A stretch of 64,000 nucleotides of DNA, taken from positions 35,991 to 99,990 of the IMG/VR virus record IMGVR_UViG_3300018481_000001; one strand, written 5' to 3'. The number at the start of each line of letters is the position of its first letter. Within the stretch, counting starts at the first letter, position 1. The position numbers and the translations under genes are program-made. The DNA comes from a virus. The notes under the pieces were generated by a model. The model worked only from the letters and a program-made list of their open reading frames with translations, was not told where the DNA came from and made no database searches. Below are positions 48,323-58,674 of the stretch, piece after piece.

Positions 48323-51300
48323 CTACGGCACCCACGTCTGACCCAACTGACCAGGAGTAAATTCCACAAAATGTTTGTTGGTTGTTGGATGAATGCGGCG
48401 CATGCACAATGTGCCGCTTTTTAATTGCTGATTAAAATATAGCAGGGCGTTATGAGTGGGTAGATACCCATAATATTTCCAGTTGCGCCCTGCAGGCCAA
48501 ACACCTGCTTCCACAATGGTACCGGGGCCTGGATTGGGCACACGAACCAGAAATACGTCTGCATGTGTAAATACGTAGTTTGTTACGTAGGACCATGAGT
48601 TGGACGTAGGGTATATATTTTCCATGGTTTTTAGGTGTTTAACTATGCGAAGGCGTGCTTCAACCAAGCGCACATTTTTTTCACCAGGTATAGGTCCATC
48701 CAATTTCCACTCACGGCGGGTTTGATGGATAGCCACTACGCATGGTGCAAATAAATCTAGCGTAAATGGTGTGGTAGGTATGGTTGTATCTTGGCTCAAC
48801 GTAACATACGCCGTGTGCGTGTTGAGCCCATCCAACTGACCGAATGTAAATGTGTTGTGCGGTTGCCGCACATTCTCGATCACGCCTAACAATGGCCCAA
48901 GAACGAAATTCTTGGTTACCTTCGAACGTGCTCGAGGGTACCCGTCTTCAATTGGTGGTAAAGCCATAATTCTTCTTTAAATGAGCAGACCCACAAAGCT
49001 GTCGCAAGTCTCCGTTGCCGTGTACGGAAATAGCAGATTTGTTTGGGATAGATAATATGCCGCACGTACAGCGTCATGTGCTCAAATGCAAATGCGGTAC
49101 AATACTCGTCATCACGCAAAACAAAGAACATAGGGTCTTCAGAGCCGTGAGGCGCATGGACCACGTCTTCGGTGACGCGAATAAGTTTACCAAGCTCCAA
49201 GCGCACGCTGGAGCGTAGTTCAATGTGTCTTTCGCCATTCCACAGCCCAGGTATCCAGAAGGGTCTTGTAGCGCTTGTAGGATTCGACCCAGAGCAAGTC
49301 CAACGCAGTGTTGCGGCTCAGCCAGCCTGGGGAACAAAAGATTAATTTATCGTGCTCATCAAAAATGGCTGCACACCACAAGCCATTAAACTGAGCGATG
49401 AGAAAAGCAGGTGTGTCCAAACCTTGCGGCGGATATTGCCACCATGCGATATCATACTCAAATTCATATTCTTTTTTCTTACCCCAGAGCATGTGCAATC
49501 CAAAGCTTACCTTGTTTGAGCTCGTGGTAAAAACGTACTTGTTGCTCGAATGTTTGGAGCACACCCGTGTGGCGCCGGGCGTGCTTGGTAAAGGCATAGA
49601 CTTCTACGGTAGGTGGTCCCTGTACAACAAATACAAAACGCTTTGTAAATATGTACACGGATGTATGGCGCTTGAGCGGGTCCGAGATGTTTTCCTTAAA
49701 CAGTTTAATACGGTCTAACAGTATCGCATGGTGCATATTGTTTTCAAAGGGGTGGCGCAATACGCGTCTAGGGTGTGGCCATATTTTTTTATGCACGCTA
49801 CGCAAGTGATGAATGCTATAACGCGAACAGTATGAAAGCGTTACTAAATCTGTCTGTTTGATTTCCTGATATTGAATAGAGACAGGCTCAGTTGTAAATT
49901 GATGGGGCCGCGCAGCCTGGGTTAGATTCTCAATGACCCCAAGATATTGCCCTACCCTGACGTTAGAGACGTGTGGGGAAAATACACCTGACATTTGCGT
50001 AAATTCCTATAAACGTTTAACAATTCTTGGTGTGTATGTGCAAAACCACTGCGGCGATGACCTAACATTGTCTGGGTAATGATGCGATATCGCGGTAGCC
50101 CCAGTGGATTAATGGTGGCAGGCACCGTCACAACTGCAACGAGAGCGTATTGATATACGAGTATTTGTACACAGAGATCGATAGATTCTTCTTCAATATA
50201 GGCGATGAGAGCGGTAATCCCGCGCGCAACAGGATTATATGGTAGGTCTTGGTCGAGCATATACGTAGAATATTTTACTGTTAAACGCCCAGTGGGGTTA
50301 ACGTGAAAATATCTAGCGTTAGGAATTCCTTGCAACAAGAGATCGTGCTGTAAAGCAGTTATTGTTCCTAAGCTTTTACTGGGTATGTGCTCGCGGAAAA
50401 GCTCGGCACTTTCCATGCAAATGCCTAGATATCTACCTACGTGCACGAGTGGTAGAGCTCGAGTTCTTCTTGCCATGAGATGATGTTAATCCAAACAGCA
50501 TTTTCGAGTTTGTCGTGGATACATGCAGCATGGATAAGAGTTTTCATTTGTTGTCGAAACAATTTACCGACGAACACCGTGCACTTACTGTACACGTACA
50601 TAACTAATGTCTTAGACGAATTATTTTGGATTCCACTGATATAGCAAGCGTGGGCCTGTCTTGCGCGTTGGTGTTCGCGATAATTTTTAAAGGATGGCGC
50701 TCCTAAGTTTAAGCACTGGTGCCATTGCCGAACGGGATGCTCTGCACAGAATATACTGCATTGCATGCCTTCCCAATTAAACTCCATTAAATATTCTTGG
50801 AACGCGTATGATTTCGCGTACGTGATGAGGGTTGTAGATTCTAGGCTAAATTGGGGGTTTTCAATAACCCCCAAAAACTCGCCGAACTCAATCAGGGGTA
50901 AATGTTTGAATGCGTTGGAACCTGTCGGCATTACGCTGTGCTGCTTCCTGGAGATAGGCACAAATGGCAGGGACGTCTTCGCGCTCGATGCGTTTGACTT
51001 CAACGCCACGGCTAGCGCCTTTGCGGGGGTGCAGGAGCCACAAAACAAGCCGTACGTGCGCCTCGGGGGCGATGAAGACGCTGCCGTTTCCTTGGCACTG
51101 CGCACAGTAGGGGTCGACGCCTAACGCCTTGCAGCGCGCTGCGACGAGCACGTTGGCGTTAATAGCATCGTGCCCCAAGCCTTTACCTGCCCACTCGTTT
51201 ACTTCTTCGGTGGTAGGCATGTGCGGCGGGTCCTTGAGTTTCCAACCCTCCCCTACAACAAAGGTATGGGTGAAATCCATAAGTCGACCGGCTGCGACCA

Positions 51301-52427
51301 GTGCGTCTACGTCGTCTTGGGTTAGGTGGCGAGACCAACCACGGGTGCCGTTGTAAAAGGTGTCGCGAAGGTATTTCCCTTGCGGGCCGTAACCACTGCT
51401 ACTGCAGGATATGCAGCGTTCGGATTCGCGGTTGACGGAGAAATAGAAATGTACGACCTCATTGAGGTCATCAAGTTGCAAGTCAAATGCTTTCCAATCT
51501 TCATACTCAAGACCGGCATCCCAGCCGTGTTTTTCGCTAGGCATTTTCATGTAGTCTTCGCCCGGACCCCAGTGTGTATAGGTTGGGTTTAGGTCCAAAA
51601 GCCGGCGCATCCATGGTGCTGCGTTAAGCACGGAAAACGCCTCTTCGTCGTGCGCATCTTCAATGCGAGATCTCATGATTTAAATCCTTGGTTTATAAAC
51701 CAATAGTCGTCACAAAGTACGAGGTAACCTCTGCTTGTAGTACGAAAACATCCGGGCCACTGCGGGTTCTCTTCTACCAACTTCTCCCTACGTAGTTTAC
51801 GTACTATAGAGCGTGCAGCGTAATAAAAACCATCGACACGCGTACAAAACTCGAGTGCATCGCGTTCAACTTTTATTAAACGCCAACCACGGCGTAAGAG
51901 CGCCCAGCGTTCTTCTGGGGTCATGGCAAATATCCTTGTTTCATTTCTTTAAATAATCGCAGCAAGGCTTGGTGCGATGTTAGCGTTTCGTAGATACCGT
52001 GCCGATTATTATCGTTGTACCAAGTAACAATGGTATGTACGGGTAAATTACGATAACTAATTACTACATCATAGTGCTCAAAGATGTAGAGCGTGATGTA
52101 GCGGACGTTGGACCAAAGTGCATCGCTTTCGGTGTGCTGTTTCCAGCTGCGCTGGGCGCGGAGATATTCTTTTACATATAAATCATAGCGATTAAACCGA
52201 CTTAGTCTATTAGGTAATTTGTTGGAGTTATCATCGTACTGGCTTATCTGCGATGTGTATTGCCAATTAAACTCTACAAAAGACAGTTGCAACGGGTGAT
52301 GCCGTTGAAACATTTCTATCATTTGCCCAAAGTTTCGCGGGTCCTCGATGACCGCGAGCAGCTTACCCAGTTTTTTCCTGGTCATTGTAGACACATAGCT
52401 GCCACCCGATTTCGGGATATTCTTCAT
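48323..52427 (-). repeat. Cluster of six paralogous hypothetical genes (48323-48967, 48916-49206, 49479-49994, 49952-50476, 50437-~50930, 51921-52427)
   Basis: Shared N-terminal (L/V/F)G..L(G/A)VIE(N/D)-like motif; several end in LL..(F/Y)..(L/M)K.G. Confidence 0.65.
50888..51676 (-). CDS. Hypothetical protein with split DnaJ-like Zn motifs
   Basis: CISCSSSG ... CAQCQGNG. Confidence 0.55.
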   Translation of the reverse strand: MRSRIEDAHDEEAFSVLNAAPWMRRLLDLNPTYTHWGPGEDYMKMPSEKHGWDAGLEYEDWKAFDLQLDDLNEVVHFYFSVNRESERCISCSSSGYGPQGKYLRDTFYNGTRGWSRHLTQDDVDALVAAGRLMDFTHTFVVGEGWKLKDPPHMPTTEEVNEWAGKGLGHDAINANVLVAARCKALGVDPYCAQCQGNGSVFIAPEAHVRLVLWLLHPRKGASRGVEVKRIEREDVPAICAYLQEAAQRNADRFQRIQTFTPD

Positions 52428-53572
52428 TGTATTCCCAAATATCGAAAGTCATCCGGTAGTGGTAATAATAATCTGAGCCTTTGTTGGTTTGGTAAATGGT
52501 CAAGCATGAAGGACTGGGCAGTAAATACTTATCCCACTCGATGCTTTGAAACTCGTGCTTTTGCCCGAACGTGGGCGGCACGGGTAATTTGCCTTGTTGG
52601 GCCGCAAAACGCTGCATGAGCGGCCACAAGAGTTTATCCGAAGAACCCACAGGCTCGGGACGATCGGTGAGGTCTACCAAAGATTCGCGGCGCAAAAGTA
52701 AGATGACAATCTTTTCTTGTGCGTGGATGCGAATATGTGAGCTGTGTACGCGCCAGGGGTATTCATGCTCCTCAAGCAGTTGATTGAGGATTGAAATATA
52801 GGTTTGATGTGGGCCTCCAAACGTGAAGGGGTACACCACTTTAATAATCTGGTGTTTATTGATACCAGGGTCATGAATGAGCCGCGACAAGATCACCGCA
52901 AACGCGTTGTAAACAACTTCCGCGCTGGTGATATTCGCGATGTATTCATATTCGTCAGGCGTAATATTTGGCACTAGAACCCGAGTTGTTTGGCAGTCTG
53001 TAAAAAGTATTTGGAAGGCGTTGCCGTGAGACGTAGAACGAGGTGTCCCGACTCGGAGTCTTCGGAGCCGGGCGGGATACGTACACCTGTATCGTTGGGG
53101 TCGTTGCCTTTTTCTTTAATTAGTTTCCACTCGCGCGTGAGTTGTTGGCGCGTGGCTACCCAGGCATGCGGGCCCTCAAAACAGGTGAGGAAAAAATGCG
53201 TAGGGGAGTGGTTGCTGAGAAAACCACGAACTGTGAAGGCGTAGACGTTGCCGTGGGCTAGACCGATATATTGCCATTTCGCTATGGTGTTTTTGGTACC
53301 TTTGCGAAACACCAGGGTTTGCGTGCGATGTACGTCATGTACCAACACACGCACGCCCAGGGGGTCTACGAGCGACTGGACGGCGCCGAGACCTGTGCGC
53401 GGGGACAAACCCCCGTCGGCTTTGGAGGGAGCCGTGAAAACGGCTTCGAACAACACACTGTCGTAAAGACCGTTGACGACGACAATGCCTTTGTCGCTGA
53501 GAATCTTTTCCATGTCGCCAGTGGACTTGTTGCGTTCGGCGGCAAGATCTTCGATGGTGCGAAAACGTGAGC

Positions 53573-54010
53573 TCATAAATTCTCCTTTTTAAATATATTC
53601 GGGCGTCTTGAGAGTTTGCGTGCAGTGAGTTCGGAGACCGATGCCTGCAAACCCACGAGGGCGTGCAGTGTGGTCTCGGGCATGCCGTCGGCAATGACCC
53701 ATTTCATGAGAGCTTGTTCGTCTTGGACGTGGCGATCGTGCCCTCTCGAGCAGGACAGCTTCTCGCTGTGTCCGTAGGCCTGGCAAACCCGTGGGCGGAT
53801 GGGATGGATGGCGCACTGGTTCTTGATGAACAGAGGGCAGCGGCTGTCCTGTACGAGCGGCGTGATGCCATGTTCGATGCAGTAGGCGCGCACTTCCGCG
53901 AGTTTCTTGAAGCTTACGGGCACGGGCCCGCAACACTCCCCACAGTCCTTTTCGCAGGTCATGGGCGGAAATTCGGGTGCGACAATGGCCAGGTGTTTAC
54001 GCTTTTTCAT
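53573..54010 (-). CDS. YkgJ/UPF0153-family Cys-cluster protein
   Basis: CEKDCGECCG, CPLF....CAIHPIRPRVCQAYG. Confidence 0.8.
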   Translation of the reverse strand: MKKRKHLAIVAPEFPPMTCEKDCGECCGPVPVSFKKLAEVRAYCIEHGITPLVQDSRCPLFIKNQCAIHPIRPRVCQAYGHSEKLSCSRGHDRHVQDEQALMKWVIADGMPETTLHALVGLQASVSELTARKLSRRPNIFKKENL

Positions 54011-54843
54011 ACAAACTCCCGCAGGTCACAAGGGCGAATGCCGATTGTCAACTTAACGGCTGGGAAATGCACCACGTGGGTCCAATCCAGCGTATACGGG
54101 TAGTCATTGTTGATAATCTCAACTTTAAATATTGTTTCTATGTAAGTAAGCACGAGCGCAGCTGCCTTCTTGGATGTGGGAGCTAGCTCGATGACCAACG
54201 GGTATGCAATGCCGTTGTGCTTATTGATTTCATGGTACGTGTACATCACGTCACGTAAATCAATATCTAGACCAATAATAGCGCTCTGCCCCTTTCCATG
54301 AAGCAGCATGTGGAAGGTTGCGTTTCTTCTTTTACGGGATACTTCCTTGGGTCGATTCCACTTCATTAAATCATTTCTCGTAGGTCACAATGGCGAAAGC
54401 CAATGATGAGAAAACTTTTACCTACGTCACTCAACGAACGCGACCACCAATCGATGGTGTAGTTGAAGTGGTTGTCTTCAATTTCTTGACGCAGATACTT
54501 GAATAGCTCAAGTGCCATGAGCACCGACGCTTGACGATTACGCGTAGTTATGCGCATGACCAAGGGGTGCACAAACCGTTCTTCTTTTAATACATTAAAC
54601 AATTCTGCTGGACTAAAATCCGAAGGATTATAGGCATACTTAGAAAAACAGAAAGTAGTGCGCCGAGGCGCCTTCGCGACCTCCCGGCGATTTATTTCCG
54701 TAAATTCATTTTGGCGCGCTTTGGCCAACTGCATACCCCCAGTAGTCCAAACGCTGTTAGGCGGAACGTGTAGGTTGTCCCAAGCACTGCTCCACGCGCG
54801 CGACGACTCCGAACGGGATTGCAAATCTTTTATGTTGGGCATA
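54007..54843 (-). repeat. Tandem paralog pair (54007-54366 and 54366-~54843)
   Basis: Both end PLV.......A..L......F...EI..N...YT.DW......L.IG.R.CDLRE. Confidence 0.7.
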
Positions 54844-55031
54844 CGTCTCTCGAGGGAGCATGCGCATAGGCTGACCCACAACAGGCAGGGCGCCTGTGAT
54901 GCGTACGTGCATGAGGACCGCCGAATTATCGATTTCCATTTCACCTAAATGGTGTTTTAAAAACACGCGATATTTTGTGGTGTCAATGTCCGTCACTTCA
55001 AAGGGAGGGTCATTGCCTTGTACCATAAATC

Positions 55032-55838
55032 CTACTTACATAACGCTTGTAGGTAGCTGCGCTGGGCTTCAGAAAGGTCAGGCATACGCAGCAGGAAATG
55101 AATGTATGATGGGTCCTTTTCTCGTACCGTTGACGCAAATTCACCATTGTATTTACCGCCCGTAAAAAGCCACACGGGTTTCTCACGGTCAATGCATGTG
55201 AGAATGTGGTTGTCGGGAAGTTTATGCACAAACTTGGTGCCATCGATACCGACCAATTGGCGCATGGAATCGCGCATAGCGCGCATGAGGCCGATGGTGG
55301 TTTGAATATCGCTAAGTGCCGAGTGCGCATCGGTGTGTTCGACGTTGTAGCTCTCTGCGAGGCGACCCAGCTGGTAGCTGGTGCGGCATTTGTCGTGATG
55401 AACAATATCCGTAAAAGCCGCGATGCTGAGCGTATCAATACCCCAATAGCTAAATAAATCAGTGAATTTCTTGTCACCACGAGGCAGCTGTACGTAGCGT
55501 GTAAAGAGTGCCTCGACGAAATTTTTGTCAAAGGGCAGGTTATGCGCAATGAGCTTCATGCTCCACTGGCCGCGCAAGAAATATTGGACTTGGCCAAACA
55601 TTTCTTCTTGCGTGACGGCGCCCTTTTCAATCCAGGCTTCGGGGGTAAAGCCGTTGATGCGCGCTGCGTCGGGGTCAATTTCTGCCTTGGCATCAGGCAG
55701 TGCATGGATAATTTTCTCGGCGATAGGGGTCAAATCCTCCTTGAGGAGGATCATACCGAGCGAAATTATCTGATGCTTTTTAGGATTGGTTCCCGTGGTC
55801 TCGGTGTCGAACCCGAGGAAAGTAGCCTTAACTGGCAT
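55032..55838 (-). CDS. DEDDh 3'-5' exonuclease (DnaQ-like)
   Basis: FDTETTG, AHNLPFD, IDTL, HSALSDI; C-terminal GKYNGE...DPSYI.F DUF3820-like tail. Confidence 0.92.
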   Translation of the reverse strand: MPVKATFLGFDTETTGTNPKKHQIISLGMILLKEDLTPIAEKIIHALPDAKAEIDPDAARINGFTPEAWIEKGAVTQEEMFGQVQYFLRGQWSMKLIAHNLPFDKNFVEALFTRYVQLPRGDKKFTDLFSYWGIDTLSIAAFTDIVHHDKCRTSYQLGRLAESYNVEHTDAHSALSDIQTTIGLMRAMRDSMRQLVGIDGTKFVHKLPDNHILTCIDREKPVWLFTGGKYNGEFASTVREKDPSYIHFLLRMPDLSEAQRSYLQALCK

Positions 55839-56395
55839 AAAAAGTCCTCAACACGATTTCGCAAACAATACAAGTCCTGCTCGTGGTTGTCGATGGAGTG
55901 ATCGTGTCGAATTTCATCCATTTCTTGTTCGGAGGCATGCGTAGCTGGAACTGCGTCTGCAGAGGCACGGAACAAGCGCAGCACGATACCTCCATGTTCT
56001 TGGATGATGCGAGCTTCTGACCAGAACCTGACGTCACTAACGAACACTACGTCTGCGCCATCCTGCAGGAGCCGCCGTGCGTTGGTATACATGGTCCTAG
56101 ACCAGACTTCTGTGTCGATGTTGCGAAAGCACTCGGTACCTACGAACTGCATGATGCGCCGGCCTGTCCACGTAGGCAGCATGGGCAGAGGTGCTTCTTT
56201 ATCCGACTGGGAGCCGTAAAAGGCACTACGCGGCACGCCATAGGCCGGGCCAAAAATCTGCGAACATATTTGTTTAATGGGCTCGGCACACGAGATGACG
56301 ATGGCGCATTTGCCAGCCTCTCTCAAAAGTTCAACACCCATATTGCACACAGTATCTTTGCCGGCGCTCACACGCCCCATAACGCCAATAATCAT
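55766..56395 (-). CDS. Deoxynucleoside monophosphate kinase
   Basis: IIGVMGRVSAGKDT P-loop, R.IMQFVGTE..R, VSDVRF..E, HASE. Confidence 0.9.
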   Translation of the reverse strand: MIIGVMGRVSAGKDTVCNMGVELLREAGKCAIVISCAEPIKQICSQIFGPAYGVPRSAFYGSQSDKEAPLPMLPTWTGRRIMQFVGTECFRNIDTEVWSRTMYTNARRLLQDGADVVFVSDVRFWSEARIIQEHGGIVLRLFRASADAVPATHASEQEMDEIRHDHSIDNHEQDLYCLRNRVEDFLCQLRLLSSGSTPRPREPILKSIR

Positions 56396-56925
56396 TTTTT
56401 TATGCTTTCGACGTCAGCAAAGGTTGTAGGTGGCATGCTCGTTCGTTGTGATGGGTCTGTGAATGTGCCGGGCATAAGATTGGGTGGAAACGTAGAAGGC
56501 ACTAAAAAACTAGGGGGATAATTTGAGAGGGGCATCATAGGCGGCGGCGCCTTGCTTTGAGATATCTTGGCTTCAATAACCTGCACGAGCTGTTCATCTT
56601 TTACGACGGCGGATACTTCAGGCGTTAAATTACCGCGTGCAACCATCAGTGCATGCGTAAGCTTTTCTTTGTTGAGTTCATCTGCAGTTTTTTTCGCATC
56701 GAGCACGGCATGGCGAAACACCTGTTGCGTTGAATCAATGGCCCATTTGGCAACGATATCGACTTGTTGGTGTTGTGCCGCAGTGAATTTAATCTTTGTA
56801 TTTTGCTCGATGATTGAAATGACCTTTTTGGAAACCCATGTCCAGAAGGCTGCAATGAGGAAGCACACGGCAGCAATGAACAGGAGCAATTGGTCAGGCG
56901 GAATTTTAGCGAGTATTTCGTACAT
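56392..56925 (-). CDS. Holin-like membrane protein (LL-H-like)
   Basis: N-terminal TM, AI...QQ, K...A, L...IEA pattern. Confidence 0.45.
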   Translation of the reverse strand: MYEILAKIPPDQLLLFIAAVCFLIAAFWTWVSKKVISIIEQNTKIKFTAAQHQQVDIVAKWAIDSTQQVFRHAVLDAKKTADELNKEKLTHALMVARGNLTPEVSAVVKDEQLVQVIEAKISQSKAPPPMMPLSNYPPSFLVPSTFPPNLMPGTFTDPSQRTSMPPTTFADVESIKK

Positions 56926-57310
56926 GCGTAGATTTTAGTACTCTTTGTCGATGCGCTTTTGCGCAACCTACGCACATAGTTTTACTACGGGGCGCTAAGG
57001 GCTCTGTACGACAACGACCGCACATTCCGAAAGCGATTGCCTCGGCGCGACGCACAGCGGTCTCGTGTGCTTGGATTTTGCAGCACACTTTACAACGCGT
57101 GGCGTAGCGCGTGCGTTTACCGCAATCGATGCAACATGATTTATGGATGCGTACAAGCCTGCGAGCCAGTTGACGTTCCCGACGTAGCTGAGCACAGCTG
57201 GCGCAATAGGTAATCGTGGCAGCGGCCCCAGTCCGCGCGTGCCCGCACTCTACGCATAGGCCTGCCTTTTTTCGGCTATGGTAGCGCTCGATATATTTAT
57301 GGTTCACCAT
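56906..57310 (-). CDS. Cys-rich Zn-finger repeat protein
   Basis: Three CxxC...CxxC units with basic linkers. Confidence 0.6.
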   Translation of the reverse strand: MVNHKYIERYHSRKKAGLCVECGHARTGAAATITYCASCAQLRRERQLARRLVRIHKSCCIDCGKRTRYATRCKVCCKIQAHETAVRRAEAIAFGMCGRCRTEPLAPRSKTMCVGCAKAHRQRVLKSTHVRNTR

Positions 57311-57329
57311 TTTAGTGACCCATATTAGG

Positions 57330-57743
57330 TTATTTCAATTGGTGCCGTAGTTCAGCGAGCTCAGCGTGTAAGGCTTTGTTTTGTTGCTCGAGGCGCTGGT
57401 TGGCCGACAATGCTGCATCGCGTTGTAAAAGAAGCTCTTTGGTTTCCCAGTCTTTTCGCGCGAGCTGGATACGCAGGTCCCCTTCCGCACGCACGTAACC
57501 TTCTACGCGTGCGATAAGGTCCGGACTGTATGGATCTCGGTTATGCTCAAAGACCAGGGGTTTGGCGTTGAGTTGACGCAAATGCGCTTCGATTTCGACA
57601 GCGGAAGAGGGCGCAGCTCTTTCCATTTTATTGCCTAAGTTCGACGCGTTGCGCTTTTTGATGTAATCCGCAAAAGCGATAACGAGTGCGACAATCGTAG
57701 TAGCGGACCCGCCATACGCTGCGTAGTCGCTTGGGTCGGCCAT
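57330..57743 (-). CDS. TM plus coiled-coil hypothetical protein
   Basis: N-terminal hydrophobic helix, C-terminal heptads. Confidence 0.55.
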   Translation of the reverse strand: MADPSDYAAYGGSATTIVALVIAFADYIKKRNASNLGNKMERAAPSSAVEIEAHLRQLNAKPLVFEHNRDPYSPDLIARVEGYVRAEGDLRIQLARKDWETKELLLQRDAALSANQRLEQQNKALHAELAELRHQLK

Positions 57744-57764
57744 ACTTGATTATACACAAAACCT

Positions 57765-57793
57765 AAAAAAATCAGCCTGGCGCCGGCTGATTT
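57765..57793 (-). terminator. Rho-independent terminator closing the structured RNA array
   Basis: Minus strand AAATCAGCC-GGCGCCA-GGCTGATTT followed by further T's. Confidence 0.8.
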
Positions 57794-57794
57794 G

Positions 57795-58041
57795 AAAAGA
57801 ACACGCTTCGCTATGGGCGACAGATTAGACATCGCGGGTGGCACAAACGGCTTCGCGACGTTTCCTCGAGTTCTCGTAGGCCCTCCTTAGCGCTTGGAAT
57901 AGCGCCGAAGAGAAGCTCGAGGAAACTCGCGGAGACGGCTTGGGCCACACGAGAGGTCTAATCTGACGATTATGCCATCTCGGGCCACACGCACATATCA
58001 CCAGCGGTACGCTGATGGAACGTGATATTCCGTGTTCTTTT
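57795..58041 (-). ncRNA. Array unit A (247 nt)
   Basis: 11-bp stem 57795-57805/58031-58041; G at 58030 opposite G at 57806; UAC hairpin 57999-58017; ~145-nt cargo hairpin 57821-57965. Confidence 0.8.
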
Positions 58042-58064
58042 ACTTAAGCTTTTATGCGTAGAAA

Positions 58065-58205
58065 TCTACGTGCTGAAGAGTGACCTGTAGCGTGCTCCGC
58101 CGGAGTTGCTTTGAGCTCCGGCGGTGTGCGCGGAGGGATTCCTCCTCGTGCATTTATTATTTTACTGCGGCTGGCGGTACGCCAACATTAAGTATTCCAC
58201 GTAGA
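58065..58205 (-). ncRNA. Array unit B (141 nt)
   Basis: 8-bp stem tctacgtg/cacgtaga; G58197/G58073; UAC hairpin 58170-58186; cargo hairpin 58090-58131. Confidence 0.75.
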
Positions 58206-58322
58206 AATCAACGCGCCTAAAGGCTGCTTTCAGAGTCCCTTGGGACCTTGTAAGGCGCCTCGTGTACCAAAACATTGGGCCGTGCTGGCGGTACACCAGC
58301 ATAAAAAAGTCCACGTTGATTT
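58205..58322 (-). ncRNA. Array unit C (118 nt)
   Basis: 11-bp stem with one U-G; G58311/G58216; UAC hairpin 58283-58301. Confidence 0.75.
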
Positions 58323-58437
58323 ACGAACACGCCTCGGTGTGATTACCACCCAGTGATTAAGCGTCGGGTCGCGGCGTTAATAATTTACGACATTGGCGGT
58401 ACGCCAATTTTATGCGCTAGCGCATGCCGTGTTCGTA
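58322..58437 (-). ncRNA. Array unit D (116 nt)
   Basis: 10-bp stem tacgaacacg/cgtgttcgta; G58427/G58332; hairpins 58412-58425 and UAC 58392-58408. Confidence 0.78.
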
Positions 58438-58554
58438 CGTCTTCACCTATGGGTTGTCCCGCTCTTCACTGGGGTGTAAGCACTGGAGTGCAGCGCCCTG
58501 AAAAGCTTTTGCAGCGTAGACGGTACGTCTACCTTTAGTAAGGTCGTGAAGACG
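58438..58554 (-). ncRNA. Array unit E (117 nt)
   Basis: 9-bp stem cgtcttcac/gtgaagacg; G58545/G58447; hairpins 58531-58544 and UAC 58516-58532. Confidence 0.78.
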
Positions 58555-58565
58555 CTGTCTTACGT

Positions 58566-58674
58566 AAACGCCCCTCAGCGTTTGGGGTTTATTAAGGTAC
58601 TTAATTAAACCCTGCGGACACATCACAACGGCGCCGGTACAGCGCCTCGGTGGCTAGCACCGAGCACAGCGTTC
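58566..58674 (-). ncRNA. Array unit F (109 nt, weakest closing stem)
   Basis: 7-bp stem with 2 G-U and a competing local hairpin (58566-58583); G58667/G58573; hairpins 58646-58664 and UAC 58630-58646; cargo 58585-58612. Confidence 0.55.

Noticed and set aside
58353-58538. 61-aa plus-strand ORF inside the array
   Set aside because: Short, no recognisable features, antisense to the local gene flow; better explained by the RNA structure
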